Shown here: piece by piece, positions 1 through 12,812 of the stretch
Numbering within the stretch: position 1 is the first letter of the stretch
How the letters are laid out: each line of letters begins with the position of its first letter
Assembly (NCBI GenBank): GCA_964057225.1
Contig: OZ059897.1
Location: 11,532,001-11,596,000 of the forward strand
Reading direction: 5' to 3'
Source: Auanema rhodensis
Lineage: Eukaryota > Animalia > Nematoda
Length of the DNA stretch: 64,000 nucleotides
Notes under the pieces: generated by a model
What the model was told of the DNA's origin: nothing
The model's input: only the letters and a program-made list of their open reading frames with translations
The model's database searches: none
Made by a program: the position numbers and the translations under genes

Positions 1-30
1 ATTCAATTTATACTTTCGTTTCGTTTTTAG

Positions 31-99
31 CATGCTCAGCCATTGCATTCTCCTCCTGTAATGTTCCAACAGCCTTCTGACCACCGCGAAGAGGAATAA
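31..99 (+). CDS. Probable last exon of a gene starting upstream of the window (…HAQPLHSPPVMFQQPSDHREEE*)
   Basis: tttttag acceptor at 24-30, open frame to TAA 97-99, AT-rich UTR-like sequence follows. Confidence 0.45.
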   Translation, partial: HAQPLHSPPVMFQQPSDHREEE

Positions 100-1235
100 T
101 TGAAAAACTAAAAACTAATCTTGATTCTTTTGGCCATTACATATTGCGGAGCTGGTTATCATATCAAAAATGTTGTGTTAATTTTTGAGTTTAAAATATA
201 ATTATTTTATTATTTCCAGGGCATAGACAATAGTCAGTCAATACACAATTTCATTTCTTAATAACTATTTTCTGGGTTTATAATGCATTTTCAGTTAGAA
301 AATTCAAACTATCAATTATTTTAAGCTCTTTATTTATATTTGAATTTCATGCAAACTGTCTAACAGGGGTTGAGCGAATTATTTGTAACCGGCTGGTAAT
401 CAAAGCCATGATTGAATAGAACACCAAGAATTATTTTGCAGTATATTTTCGATGCTTCGTTGCTACTTTAACATTGTACACACACTTTCATCTTTAAAAT
501 AGAATTGTTGTAGTATATAACAGCGATGCATATCTTCAATTTTAAGCTTTTTTTGTTTCAACTTGATATCGTCCCTAAAGCATGACAAGTGAATAAATAT
601 TCGCTATTTCTGAGTGTTTACATGAATTATGTTAGGAAATGACATGAAATCGTTGTTTTATGAAAAAAACTAACCAAACGTCCTTTCCGCTTTGTATACT
701 CGTGTTTTGCTCTCTGAAGTATGTACATGTTTAATATCTTTTAGAACATCTGTTTTGGAACACTCTAAACCAGATCCAAGGCAGTTCATTGGTGATTTTG
801 GAATAGTATCTTGCTTTCTTAACATAATCTATCAGTAATTTGAATTTTTTCACTGATTCTCTTGCAACATCGCTTGAATCGAATGTTGAGCAGGGTTCTA
901 TACAATTTTTTTTTGCGATCACTGGCTTTGAACCGATATATTTCAAAAATGGCAAAAAAAGAGTTTAAGCTGTTGTTAACTTCATTGATTTATGTCGTAT
1001 TCCTCTTCTATATTTAAGCACCCTTTTTGAAATTTGTCAGTTTCATCTGGGAATTCTTCGTCTTTGCTTTTTAATGTTCAAGCATAAGAAGTTGAGATAT
1101 TTCTTGAAAAGTATAGATGTCTCATGCTATGTGCATTCTGTTTAAAATTTTACTCTCATTTTTAATGTTTTATTTTAGAAGTTGTATATTTTATCTTAGG
1201 AAACTGTCGAAAAATTCCAAAAAAATTCGAGTCTA

Positions 1236-3391
1236 ATGAAAGAGATATTTATTTTTTTCTCACTTATTGGAACGGTTTGTTTTGTCTTTCTAATAAATAT
1301 ATATAAGTTGTTGCTAGCACATAATAAATGAAATAATATAATTTATATTACTTTTATTTCTACTTTCATCAGACATGGGCAGTTCGGGGAGCTCTTGTAT
1401 CAAAAAAAATCAGCCAGATGTCAACTGAACATGACAATAGTGCTGAAGAACTTGAGGAAATAGAAGATGAAGAAGAAGATTTGAACATTTTAGATAGAGC
1501 ACAAATCTATGAGCAAGGGTTGGTTAATAGTGAAGAAAATCGAAAACAATTCTTTTAGAGAAACTAGACATTTTCTTCAATTTTTACGAAAGATAAAGTA
1601 TGATCATAGGCAATGTCCAGGAGATGAAAGAGGAGGTTAGTGATGCTAACTGAATTTAAAATAAATGTTTCCCACGGTTTATAGGTCCAGTAGTCGTAAA
1701 TGTCAGTATAGTTATTAGTAACATACGAGCTGTCTCTGAAGTAACGATGGTATGTCATAATGTATGGTACTTGAAAAATATTTTTTTAAGGACTATAACA
1801 TTGAAATGTTCTATAGAGAATCGTGGAAAGATCCTCGTTTGATTTATACAATAGATAAGTTCAAGAACAAGAGCGAAATAGCTTTACATGAAAGTTATTC
1901 CAACTTTTTGTGGCACCCAGATACCTTTGTTCCCAACGCCATTGCTTCGAAAAATCCAAGAAAACAAAGCATCACACACAGATCTCTTCTGCGGTTTTAA
2001 TCACCTGTGGTATGCAACTTTTTAAAATTTCAGATTGAGAAATGACGGCAGCATATTGTACAGTCGTCGACTGTCTTTAGTTGTTACATGCGGAATGGAT
2101 TTAACTTTATTCCCATTTGATTCTCAATTGTGCAAACTAGGAATTGAGAGTTGTGAGTAAACTTGTTTACAACGTATCTCTTGCTTTTTTGAATTTTTAG
2201 ATGGATATACAGCTGAACATGTAAAGTATATGTGGTCGAAAGGGCGTATTACCGCACTAATACTTCATGAAATCAGACTTCCTGATTTTAAAATTCAAGA
2301 AGCATATGTAACCAGTCGGATAGAAAGTTATGCAACAGGTTTTACATAATAATATCTCAGCTTTCAAAAAAAAACTCTGCAGGCGATTATTCTCGCCTAT
2401 ATGTTTGCTTCGTTTTTTCAAGAGCTGCAGGATTCTGTTTCCTACAGCTGATAATTCCATCAACTGCTGTGGTAATAACTTCTTGGGTTTCTTTATGGAT
2501 GGAAAATGAAACATCATTTCAAGTAATCATGAATGTTTTAGATAAAATATTTATTTTTAATTATTAAGGATATGATATCTATCATACTTACAATTACTTT
2601 TTTACTATTCTCGTACAACGAAGTGATGCCTCGTGTTAGTTATATAAAGGCAATGGATGTCTATTTAGGTCTTTTTTTTAAATCTTTTTTTTTAACTAAC
2701 TCATTTAACTACTTTAATTACAGGAGTATGCTTTTGTATTGTCTTCTTTTCATTGATAAAATTAGCTATTGTAAAATATATGAGACAGCGCCTAAGGCTT
2801 ACGAGGTGAATACATTTAACAAGTAGATGCTACATTAAAAAATTTATTTTAAATTTAAAAAAAAATTATCTTGTTTTAGAGATACATCTATTGTAGCTGG
2901 AATGCTACCAATGGTTCATTATGCTAACGGTGGCTCATCCACTTCTTTAAGCAATGGTTTTGAAAACTCAGTGTCATCTATGAGAAGGTCGCCTATTTTG
3001 AATTAATTGCTTTCAATTCAATTAATTAACTCAGACATTATAGAAAACGTAATTATTATCCAGTTTCAACGTCCCTATACATAGATAAGAATGAAATTAC
3101 CAGTAGTCAAATCAACTCACAATTTCGTTTTACTCCTCAATTCATGCGCCGTTTTCACTGGATATCGCAGGTACCCGTGACTGTCTCCTAATCTATTTTA
3201 GTTGAATTACAGATGACATTTTTTTTTGGATTCGTAATTTTTTGTCTGTTCTATTTTCTAGTTTACCCTAACATTCATTCTCAGGTTCGTATTACATAAT
3301 TGGTTAATAATCATATTCTAACAAATTGTTATAGCTCATTGATGAAGACTGCGACCGAATGAAATCTGAATGGTTTGCAGATATTCGATGA
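1236..3391 (+). CDS. lgc-34: Cys-loop ligand-gated ion channel subunit, LGC-34 orthologue (multi-exon)
   Basis: Spliced model: signal peptide [13 protein letters not shown]|TWAVRGA; [14 protein letters not shown]; [10 protein letters not shown]; [11 protein letters not shown]; Cys loop [15 protein letters not shown]; TM1-TM4 incl. [14 protein letters not shown]; stop TGA 3389-3391. Confidence 0.88.
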
Positions 3392-4295
3392 TTTAAAGAG
3401 ATAAAAAATATTTTGTAGTTAAAGTAAACAATATGTTTGATAATTTCTGATACTATATAACGATTGTGTATTCTATTTCGATAAATATACTTAAATAAAA
3501 ACCATTAATGATAAAGTCGGATCCCGAAAAAGGGAGTTAAAGATTCTAACATTGCTATTAAACATGAGAATGATATGAGAAATTAAAAGATCTCAAACAA
3601 GCTAGAATTTTGATCAAATTCTTCATAGAATATGACCATTCTTGAAAGTCTACTTTAGTTAACGAATTTCAAATAGTAATGCATCACGGATATAGTTTGA
3701 GACCGAATCTTTCTTTTCTTTTTCTTCCTGTAAAAAACATCAGCTATACTTATTTAACCAAATCTTAATGAAGTTGAATAAATCGGAATCAACAATGTGT
3801 AATCGAAGGAAGGACTGCAAAATTACTGGCTGGAAGTCGCTTGCTTTATCAGATAGCAAGTAATTTATGATAATATTTCCAATCCGAAAAATTTACAGAT
3901 CAGTCTAATTTAAATTATGCTTATTACATTATTTTTTTTGGTTTTTATGCTTAAATAATATTTAAATATTATAAAATTCTACGAAACACCTTGAGGGTTT
4001 CTTTTTTTGGGTACTGCTTCGCATTGAGCCAAACCTGTTATTTTCTGTTTTTAATAACAATTTTTAAAATATACTTATTTTCAAGCTTTTCTAAATTTGA
4101 TCAAATGATGTTCAGTTTCACAACTAAATTTGGCTCTTGTGCAGATGTCGCCACCCTACAATTCAAATGTTGTATGTTAGCGGTTGTCTATTGCGCGAAA
4201 AAAAGACTCATAATATTAATAAATAATTATATTGAGAATGACTTTTGATAACAAGCGATATCATTTAAAACTAATTTAAAAATATCCATCTAACA

Positions 4296-4598
4296 TTCCT
4301 TCAAGGGGACTACCATCATTTATGATTGTTGGAAGAGTTATAACGGTATACCTCTGATGGATATGAATTACAACCACATGATCGTCAACCATTCGAAGAA
4401 TTTTGTGGATCCTTCTACTGGTGCTTGCACCAACAAAGTAGAATCAATGTGAAATGTTGCCAAGATGAGATTCAAGAGAATGTGGGGAGTACATTAAGGA
4501 ATATTAGATTTATATCTATGTGAATTCATGTACAGAAAACGATTCAGAGGGCAGGATATTTTCTGTATAAAGTTAGACTCAGGCTTATCCAATGCTTA
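4296..4598 (+). mobile_element. Degenerate Merlin (IS1016/ISXO2-like) DDE transposase remnant
   Basis: GTTIIYDCWKSY…HMIVNHSKNFVDPSTGACTNKVESM*NVAK…GVH*…LYLCEFMYRKR matches the Merlin/IS1595 C-terminal motifs; two in-frame stops. Confidence 0.85.
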
Positions 4599-4692
4599 AA
4601 ATTAAGCTTATGCTTATCCATTGCCTAGGGAAATTGAGGGTACATTTTTCGACGCTCAAAATTTCAAAAAAACATAATTTCATTATTTTCAT

Positions 4693-6022
4693 TGAAGATA
4701 TTATAGATTATTCAACAGTTTTCTGTATCGCAATGTCCTAACGAGAATACTTCCGTCAAAAATCAGCCGAGTAATGATATGTGGGATTATGTTGTTATGG
4801 CTGAGCGGGGATCTACAATCGCGCAGTTCTTAGATTAATCTCCCTTTTTATGTCCATTCGAAGTTTCACATTTTCTATAGCTTTTCCTACTCAGATCTCA
4901 CCTTTCAACAGTTTGTGTGGGCAGCAATGTTGTGGTCCGTGGATCGAAGAAGTATATCCAACAGTAGTAGAGAGCCATGTCGAATTTACTAACCACGCCT
5001 CCAAACAGTTGCTAAAAACATACTTTTGAAGGCGTGCTAGTAGAGAGCCGTGCAAAATTTACTAACCACGCCCCCAAACAGTTGCTAAAAACATACTTTT
5101 GAGGGCGTCAGCTGTCAAAATCAAACTTTTGGGGGCGTCAGCTGTTAAAATCATATTTTTGTATACAAAATGCATGAGTCATTTTTTTGAAATGTAACTT
5201 TAAAACTTATATATTTGTTTTGTTTGAATAAATTATTTCTCATACATTGTTTTTTTAAATTTATAAATTTGACCAGGAGCAGTTAACTGTTCATTTCACG
5301 AAAGAACATGTAACGGTTGATTTAGAGCATTTAGAGCAAATTTATAAACAAATATATAAGTTTTAAATTACATTTTTAAAAAATGACTCATGCATTTTGT
5401 ATTTTGATCCATGAGCAGGTTCGAGAGCCTGCCTCGGGATGGAAAGTATATTTTTGATAGCTGACGCCAAAAATATGATTTTAACAGCTGACGCCCCCAA
5501 AAGTTTGATTTTGACAGCTGACGCCTTCAGGGCGTGGTTAGTAAATTCGACATGGCTCTCTACTAGCGCGCCTTCAAAAGTATGTTTTTAGCAACTGTTT
5601 GGGGGCGTGGTTAGTAAATTTTGCACGGCTCTCTACTAGCGCGCCTTCAAAAGTATGTTTTTAGCAACTGTTTGGGGGCGTGGTTAGTAAATTTTGCACG
5701 GCTCTCTACTAGCGCGCCTTCAAAAGTATGTTTTTAGCAACTGTTTGGGGGCGTGGTTAGTAAATTCGGCATGGCTCTCTACTACTGTTGGATATACTTC
5801 TTCGATCCACAGACCACAACATTGCTGCCCACACAAACTGTTGAAAGGTGAGATCTGAGTAGGAAAAGCTATAGAAAATGAATGAATAGAAAACGATTGT
5901 AGATCCCCGCTCTGCCATAACAACCTAATCTCACATATCATTACTCGGCTGATTTTTGACGAAAGTATTTTCGTTAGAACGCTGCGATATAGAAAACTGT
6001 TGAGTAATCTATAATATCTTCA
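4693..6022. mobile_element. Foldback-type element: long imperfect inverted repeats with internal tandem repeats; probably a non-autonomous MULE derivative
   Basis: 4693 tgaagatattatagatta… is the reverse complement of …taatctataatatcttca 6022; complementarity continues inward to ~5220/5346; spacer carries a zinc-finger fragment related to the adjacent MULE. Confidence 0.85.
5530..5782. repeat. 73-bp tandem repeat (~3.5 copies); ~2 inverted copies at 4967-5108
   Basis: gggggcgtggttagtaaatt recurs at 5601, 5674, 5747 (period 73); reverse complement actaaccacgcc in the left arm; shorter cagctgacgcc repeats at 5458-5525 and inverted at 5104-5145. Confidence 0.92.
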
Positions 6023-6080
6023 GTCCACTGATATTCTTCCAGAATTTTAAATAAAGAGAAACTGAAAAAGGTAATGGAAC

Positions 6081-7255
6081 GGACATGAACATGTCAGGGT
6101 TGAAGAGAGGATATATCTGACTGATACAGTTGAACAAGGAGCTTACATCATCTTTTCGGCACTGGTTAGATATTAAGAAACCTATTTTATTATATTGTGT
6201 TAATTTTTTAGACTTATATTTTCACCTGCTGGCACTCCTCTCTCAAGGTCATCTACTACCATAATGGTAGTTAAACTCAAGTTGTATTTTGAGCTATTAA
6301 AGGTATCGTCAATAATGATTCCTTCATTTCCATACTTTTTCAGAACCGTGGCTTGTGTTTCTGTGATCACAACTGCAATAAAATTGGTATTTGTTTTTTT
6401 TCTTTATTTTAAAACCTATTCTCAGATTTTGATCTATTCCTTCTGGTTTTTGAAACAGCCTTATCCCTTCATTCTGGTTGTTTTCCAAGAACCGTTTTTC
6501 CACCGAGGTGAGATCATTCGTATCTTTTTTTCCTGGTCTTAGTTTCTTTCTTTCAACAATGTTCCGAACGTCGTCCATTGTGAGCATTTTCATTCGTTCG
6601 GAACTTGTCTCCATCCGCCTCATTTTTGATATTATCCCATCAGCGGGCCATCCTTCTTTTATCAGTTCAACAATATTATTCTCATCTTCTTCAGTAATCC
6701 ATAATTTTGCAGCATCCGTTTCATGGCCGTAGTGCGAGAAGCATGAGACTACTTCGACGCCTGTTTGAGTTGTTTTAATCTGTATTAGTTGTTTATCAAT
6801 ATATATATATTTTTTTTTTTAGGTTACTTTGAGGAATGCGGGGCATACCGCTACATTTTTTCGAGTTGTATGGCCAGTTCGTTTCAAACTGTAAGTTTTA
6901 GCCTTTCCAGCTCTATGGCATCTCTGATAGCTGGTGCCATTCTTACTTGTCAAGACATAAAAAGCCGTATTCGTCTCATTGCACCTCTGAGTAAGCCATT
7001 TCTAAATTAAAAGATTTTTTATTTATATAGTTTTTGAAATTCACTTCTTGTTCTTCGCTTGTTAAAAAGAATTTTTTTTCAATTTCATATTTCTCATCGG
7101 CTGTAGCATGTTCTTTTGAGAAATGAACAGTAAACTGTTCCTGATTGCTACATTTCTTTCCACATGCTGGACATTCCAATCCGTTAATCTATAATCAATG
7201 ATGATGGTGTGGCAAAAGTACCTGAGCATTTGGAGCAGTTGTTGGATGCGTTCAT
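6081..7255 (-). pseudogene. Mutator/MULE transposase pseudogene with N-terminal C2H2 fingers and four spliceosomal introns
   Basis: Spliced reading: CPACGKKCSNQEQFTVHFSKEH; CHRAG…CPAFLK…HYGHE; IIIDDTFNSSKYNLSLTTIMVVDDLERGVPAGFLIS…PDMFMS. Truncated exactly at the FMSD catalytic Asp; frameshift/deletion at ~7185-7200. Confidence 0.85.
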
Positions 7256-8137
7256 TTCGATATAAATGACGCCTTAAGTTATGGTTTTGATTATCTTGAA
7301 CTTCTTATATTCAAATGAGTTAGTATTTTTTTCTATGTTAATTTTTTCAGTTTCCTTTCAGAACATATCACTGGAAGCAATTAATTTTTTTTAATATTAT
7401 AGGAAGCAATTCATTTTTTTAATTGATTTTTCTAATTTTTATTTTTTGTTTCTTTTTATTTGTTTTATTTTGATTCGTTTCGTCTTTCTTCATTGAATAT
7501 GTATTAATTCTATTTATTTATAATTATTTATTGTTCAGGCAAATATAACACATGGAGCTGGAGGGATAAGAGAACACATCATGTATAACATCAACAAAAA
7601 TTTAGAGGTATAATATATATAATTTTTTTTAATTTTTATTCATTTGTTTTATTCTTGAATATTAAGTAGTCTTGTATTTTATTGATAAAATAAAAATAAA
7701 TCATTTACAAATATAATTTTTTTCGTTTAAATACATGGGATAGACTTTAAGATAAATTAAATATTGTATTTTCTGAATTTAAAATTAAAACAATTCATTT
7801 TTAAAATTAAAGTAAATTATTTAAAATATAATTTTATTCATTGAAATACATGGAATAGACGTTAATATAAATTCAACATTGCGTATTGAACTCCCCTTTT
7901 CAATCTGACGGAAGTTTGGGGGTTTGATTTTTACGGACTATCTTTTTACGGACTGTCGAAATTAGTCGATTAATTATTCAAATAAAATTATGAATTATGA
8001 AGCGTGAGTAGTTGATTAGTCGAATCCGACTAATACTTAAAAATCTGTGTAGTCATTAGTCGAATTTGTAAAAAAAACCGATTAATTGCTGAGTATATCT
8101 CATTTTCCTTGGCCTTCTGATTTGTGCAATTTAGAAC

Positions 8138-10243
8138 ATGCAGGATAGCTGCTGTGAAAACAAATCTCATAAAAAATCGAATAGTACTAATAGGAAACGA
8201 CGATCTGCGGTTTTGAACTGCTTCAGTATATCAGAGAACTATAAATCTATTGTTTTTGCTAAAACATTTAAAGAGCAATTTTTCGGTAAAACAAAATTGT
8301 CTATTATTTGGATCATATTTGTTTAAGGCGCTGCTCCATTTCCTCATTTTCAATTCAAGAATTTCATAGAGAATAGAAATGGCGATGTCGAAGATCTTGA
8401 GCTTGAACTACAGGTAAAGTTATTGTGTTGCATTTCTTTTATAACGAGTTTTTGAATGACTGATTAGTAATCGAGAAAACTCATTTTACTTATTATATCA
8501 ATATGCATTCATTTATGCAAGTATCCTGTACATTTAAGGAGTTTGGTGGTTGGAAACGTAAGGAGAATGATTTGTATTCCCTTTATCAGACGGACGATTT
8601 AAAATCAGTTCAAGCTGTATCTCATCCAGCTTTGTATTCTTTTAGGTATAATCAAATCATTCCAATATTTATAATAAGACTTTAGGCAGTTCTTCCATGA
8701 ATCAGTTAAGAATTGGTTAGAGACGATTACTGATGTTCAACTAACTGATCAAATTGATATGAATGGGAGTTGCTACATATCAACAGATGGATTGTTGCCT
8801 CACAACGACTTAGTATTGTTCTTCCATTGTAAAATTCGTGATTTTAATGTATTCAGATCGAGACTAGACGATTTGCCTTTGTCTATTATTTGACACCTTT
8901 TCAATGGAACGAAGCTTATGGTGGAGAACTTTTTTTGTATCAATCTAATGGTATTGTTTTGATATAATTGATTTAAATGAATAAAACTCTTTAGAAAGGG
9001 AGGAACCAGTTAAAGTTTCAAAAAAAATCCCCCCTGCTCGAAATTCACTGTTGGTTTTTGAAGTATCCAAAACGTAAACTTTGCTTTGTTTATTTTTATT
9101 AATGTTTCTTTTTAGATCATGGCATAGAGTGAATGAACTATTTGCTAATTCTGATCCTAGATTATCTATTAATGGCTGGTTTCATTCTTCTAGGCTACTA
9201 AAACCCGAGGTTCCCCCATTAACCCAAACTACAACAGTTGCCCCTTTGCAAGATGTATTTGACTTATATATCTTATTCGTGTTTTTAACATGTTATTTTT
9301 TCAGAAGGATCTCAAAATGAAAAAATATTTATCAGATGTTTATTTGGAGCAACAAAAGCTGGATCAGGTTCAAAAGTCTTTTTCTGAAACATCAGAAGTT
9401 TCTCTAAGGCAATTTATAAAAGTAAGTATTCATATTTTTAATATTTGTGTAAGAAATTCAATCTTTAACTAACGGCTTGTACAATTAAGACTGGCATATA
9501 CAAAAAAGTTCTTAATGATATGTTGTCAATACAGTTTGAAAAAATGGGGCCCTTAAGCAAAAGGTAATTGATTTTTCTGTATATGTAGATATATGTATAA
9601 CTATTTATTTACTTTCTGAATTGTGAGTTTCAGATTATTGTATGAATATAGAGTTGATGACTCGGACTCCTCTATACGTTCTATAACGAATTTATTTCGA
9701 AGCTGTTCCTTTATTGAATTTCTATCTACGGTAACAGGATGCAGCTTGGCAGGTTCTTCGCATTATTTGTATTCTCGTTATATGGATATAATTTTTAGAA
9801 GTTAGTATAAGTATATCTGTGCTAAAGTTATCGCATGGATGCTACTCTGTTATTGGAGATGAAGATATGATCCGATCTCGGAAAGATGGTTTTGTTCTTG
9901 AATCTCACGTAAATTGCCAATGCTTTACTTATGATTCCGTGTATGTTACAGTTTTTCTTGGGCAAATCTGAATGGCCAGATGGTTGTGGCGGTAATATTG
10001 TCTATATCGGTAATGAGGATGAAGAAGAGGTCTAATATTATTAATATGACATTTATTAATAACTAGGTTTCAGCTTATTTCTGTTCTGCCGATTCCTAAT
10101 TGTATATCAATTGTACTTCGCGAACCTGAAGTGGCATCCTTCATAAAGTATGTCAATGCTAATGTAGTTAAGGACGACATGTATGTAATCACCTGTCGTT
10201 ACTATGGTGTTGTTATAGAAAGTGATTCGGAAGAAGATAATTA
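8138..10243 (+). CDS. OGFOD1: Prolyl 3-hydroxylase OGFOD1/TPA1-like 2OG-Fe(II) oxygenase
   Basis: APFPHF…RKENDLYSLYQTDDL; LLPHND (HxD); RRFAFVYYL; YGGELFL; SWHRV…RLSINGWFH; Ofd1 C-terminal domain; stop TAA 10241-10243. Confidence 0.88.
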
Positions 10244-10345
10244 AAATTTGTTGTTGTTGTTTTTCAAATTATGATTTTTATTCTTTAGTTGTTATATGTC
10301 AATGAACTTGTTAGATTTAGATATATATATATATATATATAATTC

Positions 10346-12812
10346 CTAGACAGTTCTAGTATTAGTTGACTTCTCTAATGGTTCTTCTTTTTTCTGACAT
10401 AAGCATGTTTTCCTACACCAAAGAAAGCGAGTAGCCTGCAAAAAGGTTGAAAATGTCAATGAAATCGAAAACGGTATACCTGGTTACTTTCACAGTATCC
10501 GGCTGATTTCCAGGCTGGACATTTGATGGGATATTCGTCTTTTTCATAGAAGCATTCAGATTTTTTTTCGTCTGTAGGTAGTTTCTTTTCTTTTTTTGAA
10601 ATTCGTAAGTTGCGTTTGATACCTTTTGCGGTGATTTGCTTGGTTTGTTCGTTTAACAATCCTATAATAAACTTTAGTTTATGAATAATACTACTGCAAA
10701 CCTGGTATTTCTGCGTTTTTGCTATTCTCATTCAATGGCCCGTCTGTAGAATACTTTTAAAATATATTATCAAACAGTTTGTTTCTCACCCTTTAAGAAT
10801 TGTTGGCATTTTGATTTTCCTTGTCTTCCGTTCAATTGTTTAGGATTAGGTTTTCTTCTGTTATTCCTATTTCGAGCGTATGCGTTTTGTCCATTCAACT
10901 GATGAATGTTCAATATTGGATTAATTGAAATATTCAACTTCTCACATTAGGGGGTTGTTTGAAATCAGGCTTTTCTGTATTATACGCATCTGTACTCGTT
11001 GGATTAAAGTTGTTTGATGCTTCACATTTATTATACGTATTATCTTTTTCATTCTTCTCTAAAAAAATTGCTGTGAACGTGAAAAAAAAGTTTTTTGAAC
11101 AATACCGTTGTCGCTTTGACCACCAAAGTCGATGTCTTCAGTATTGTAATCATTGCCCACTCTTTCTCCGTCCTGAATAGCCTACTTCTGAAACACTGTC
11201 AAAAGAATTCTTTTACCTCGTTATCCCTATATGTTTCAGTTTCCCCATCAATTGTTTTTGTAACCTAGTAAGTGTAAAAAATAAAATCAACCTTCAGTAA
11301 CATACTTTTATGTCGCCTTCCACTTTCACTAATTCTCCATTTTCGTCGTCTTCATTATCTTTTTCTTCATCTTCGTCATCATCATCATCATCATCTTCCT
11401 TTTTCTGCTTTTTCTTTTTCTTTTTATTGTTTTTTTTCTTTAAAAAATAGGTTTTAATAGTTAGACACGGTTGTTTTTTTATACACTATTCTTCCGTGTC
11501 TTTGAAGTTTTTTTTGACTTCTTGTGCTTCTTCGTGCCTTCATCGTCTTCATCTTCAGAATCCTCATCATTATCAGCATCATCCATATCCCCATCTTCGT
11601 CCTCTTTTTCTTTTGAGTCTTCGCCAGTTTCATCAGGATTCTTCTAAACATATTCAAAACTCACAAGAAAAAGTAAATGGAAACTAACCAAAGGTTGAAC
11701 AGAGGCTTCTTCTAACGGAACTTCATTATCGCTATTCTCTTTATGCTTGCTAGCGTCAGATGAGCCTTTTTCCTTTTTTTTATCCTTAGAAATTTTCGCT
11801 TTATGCTTTTCAGCTTTTTTATCTGTCATATTTATAAGTAACTATTTAAATATATATATTTTTTTTTGTGTTTTCACCTTTGTCGCTTTTTTTACTTTTA
11901 TCTTTCTTCTTCACGATTGTTTCCACAAGTGGTTCTTCTATGACCTGAATGAGAGGATAATTTGAATTAACGAAGAAATACTAACGAAACTTTCATCATT
12001 TCGTGTCTGAGGAGATTCGAGGCTTTTTTTGCTGAAACATAATGATTTCCTGCTTATTTTTTGTTGTATACCTATTGCTAAGATCGTCACCGTGCTCACT
12101 TGGCAATGGTCTAGGTTTAGGAGGGTTAATGACCGCAAAATGTTCACGGTTTCTTAGTGGGCGCCGCAGTCGTGAATATGAGCGATATGGAACAGAGGCT
12201 ATTTCTTCATCGAATTCAGGAATAAATACGCTTTGTTGATGATCGCCGTACCTATGTTGAAAAACCAGTGTGCAATACATTTTACAAATTTAAACCTCGG
12301 AATATAATTTGGATATACTGGAGACCAGCGTGAGTACTGTTTACTTCGTGGAGTTGGTCTTGAGGCGTCTAAGGGAGGATCACTAAATTAGAAATAACAT
12401 GTAGTCACATATTTAAACCGTTACGCATGTCTAGGGTTAATTTGATCCCATTGCTGTATTTCAATTTCTCCATTTTTGGTTTTAACGTTATGAACTACTG
12501 AGTTAAAATTGGTAGGGGTACCATGAGCTACAGCATTATCAGAACCATCTGAATGTTCATTCTGATATTGTTGGCTAAGCTGCTGGCGCAGAAGCGCCAT
12601 CGTTAAATCTGCCTCCGCATTTGAATTTGGCGTAAATATATTACCAGCTCCAAAAAGAGTTTTTAGATCTAAACAAATAAAATAATTAAAGTATAATATT
12701 ATTCACTGAATCTGATACAGTTTGTGATACAACTTAAAAACTTACCTATCTGGGACTTAACTAAACATATTAAATTATTCAGAAATAAAAAATACAGTAG
12801 GGAATAGTTCAT
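10346..12812 (-). CDS. Secreted low-complexity protein (Lys-rich and Asp/Glu-rich blocks) with C-terminal ShKT domain
   Basis: Signal peptide MNYSLLYFLFLNNLICLVKSQ; ~13 exons join in frame; C-terminus [38 protein letters not shown]; TAG 10346-10348. Confidence 0.75.

Noticed and set aside
4449-4497. TGA at a conserved Trp position of the Merlin ORF suggesting UGA=Trp recoding
   Set aside because: The same frame also has a TAA, and host genes use TGG for Trp and TGA as stop, so this is ordinary pseudogene decay
4575-4630. Telomere-like (TTAGGC) or programmed-DNA-elimination break site
   Set aside because: Only degenerate single hexamers; no telomeric array here or elsewhere in the window, and no elimination motif I can verify
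5530-5782. CRISPR-like repeat array
   Set aside because: Units are contiguous near-identical 73-mers with no unique spacers, in a eukaryotic genome with no cas genes
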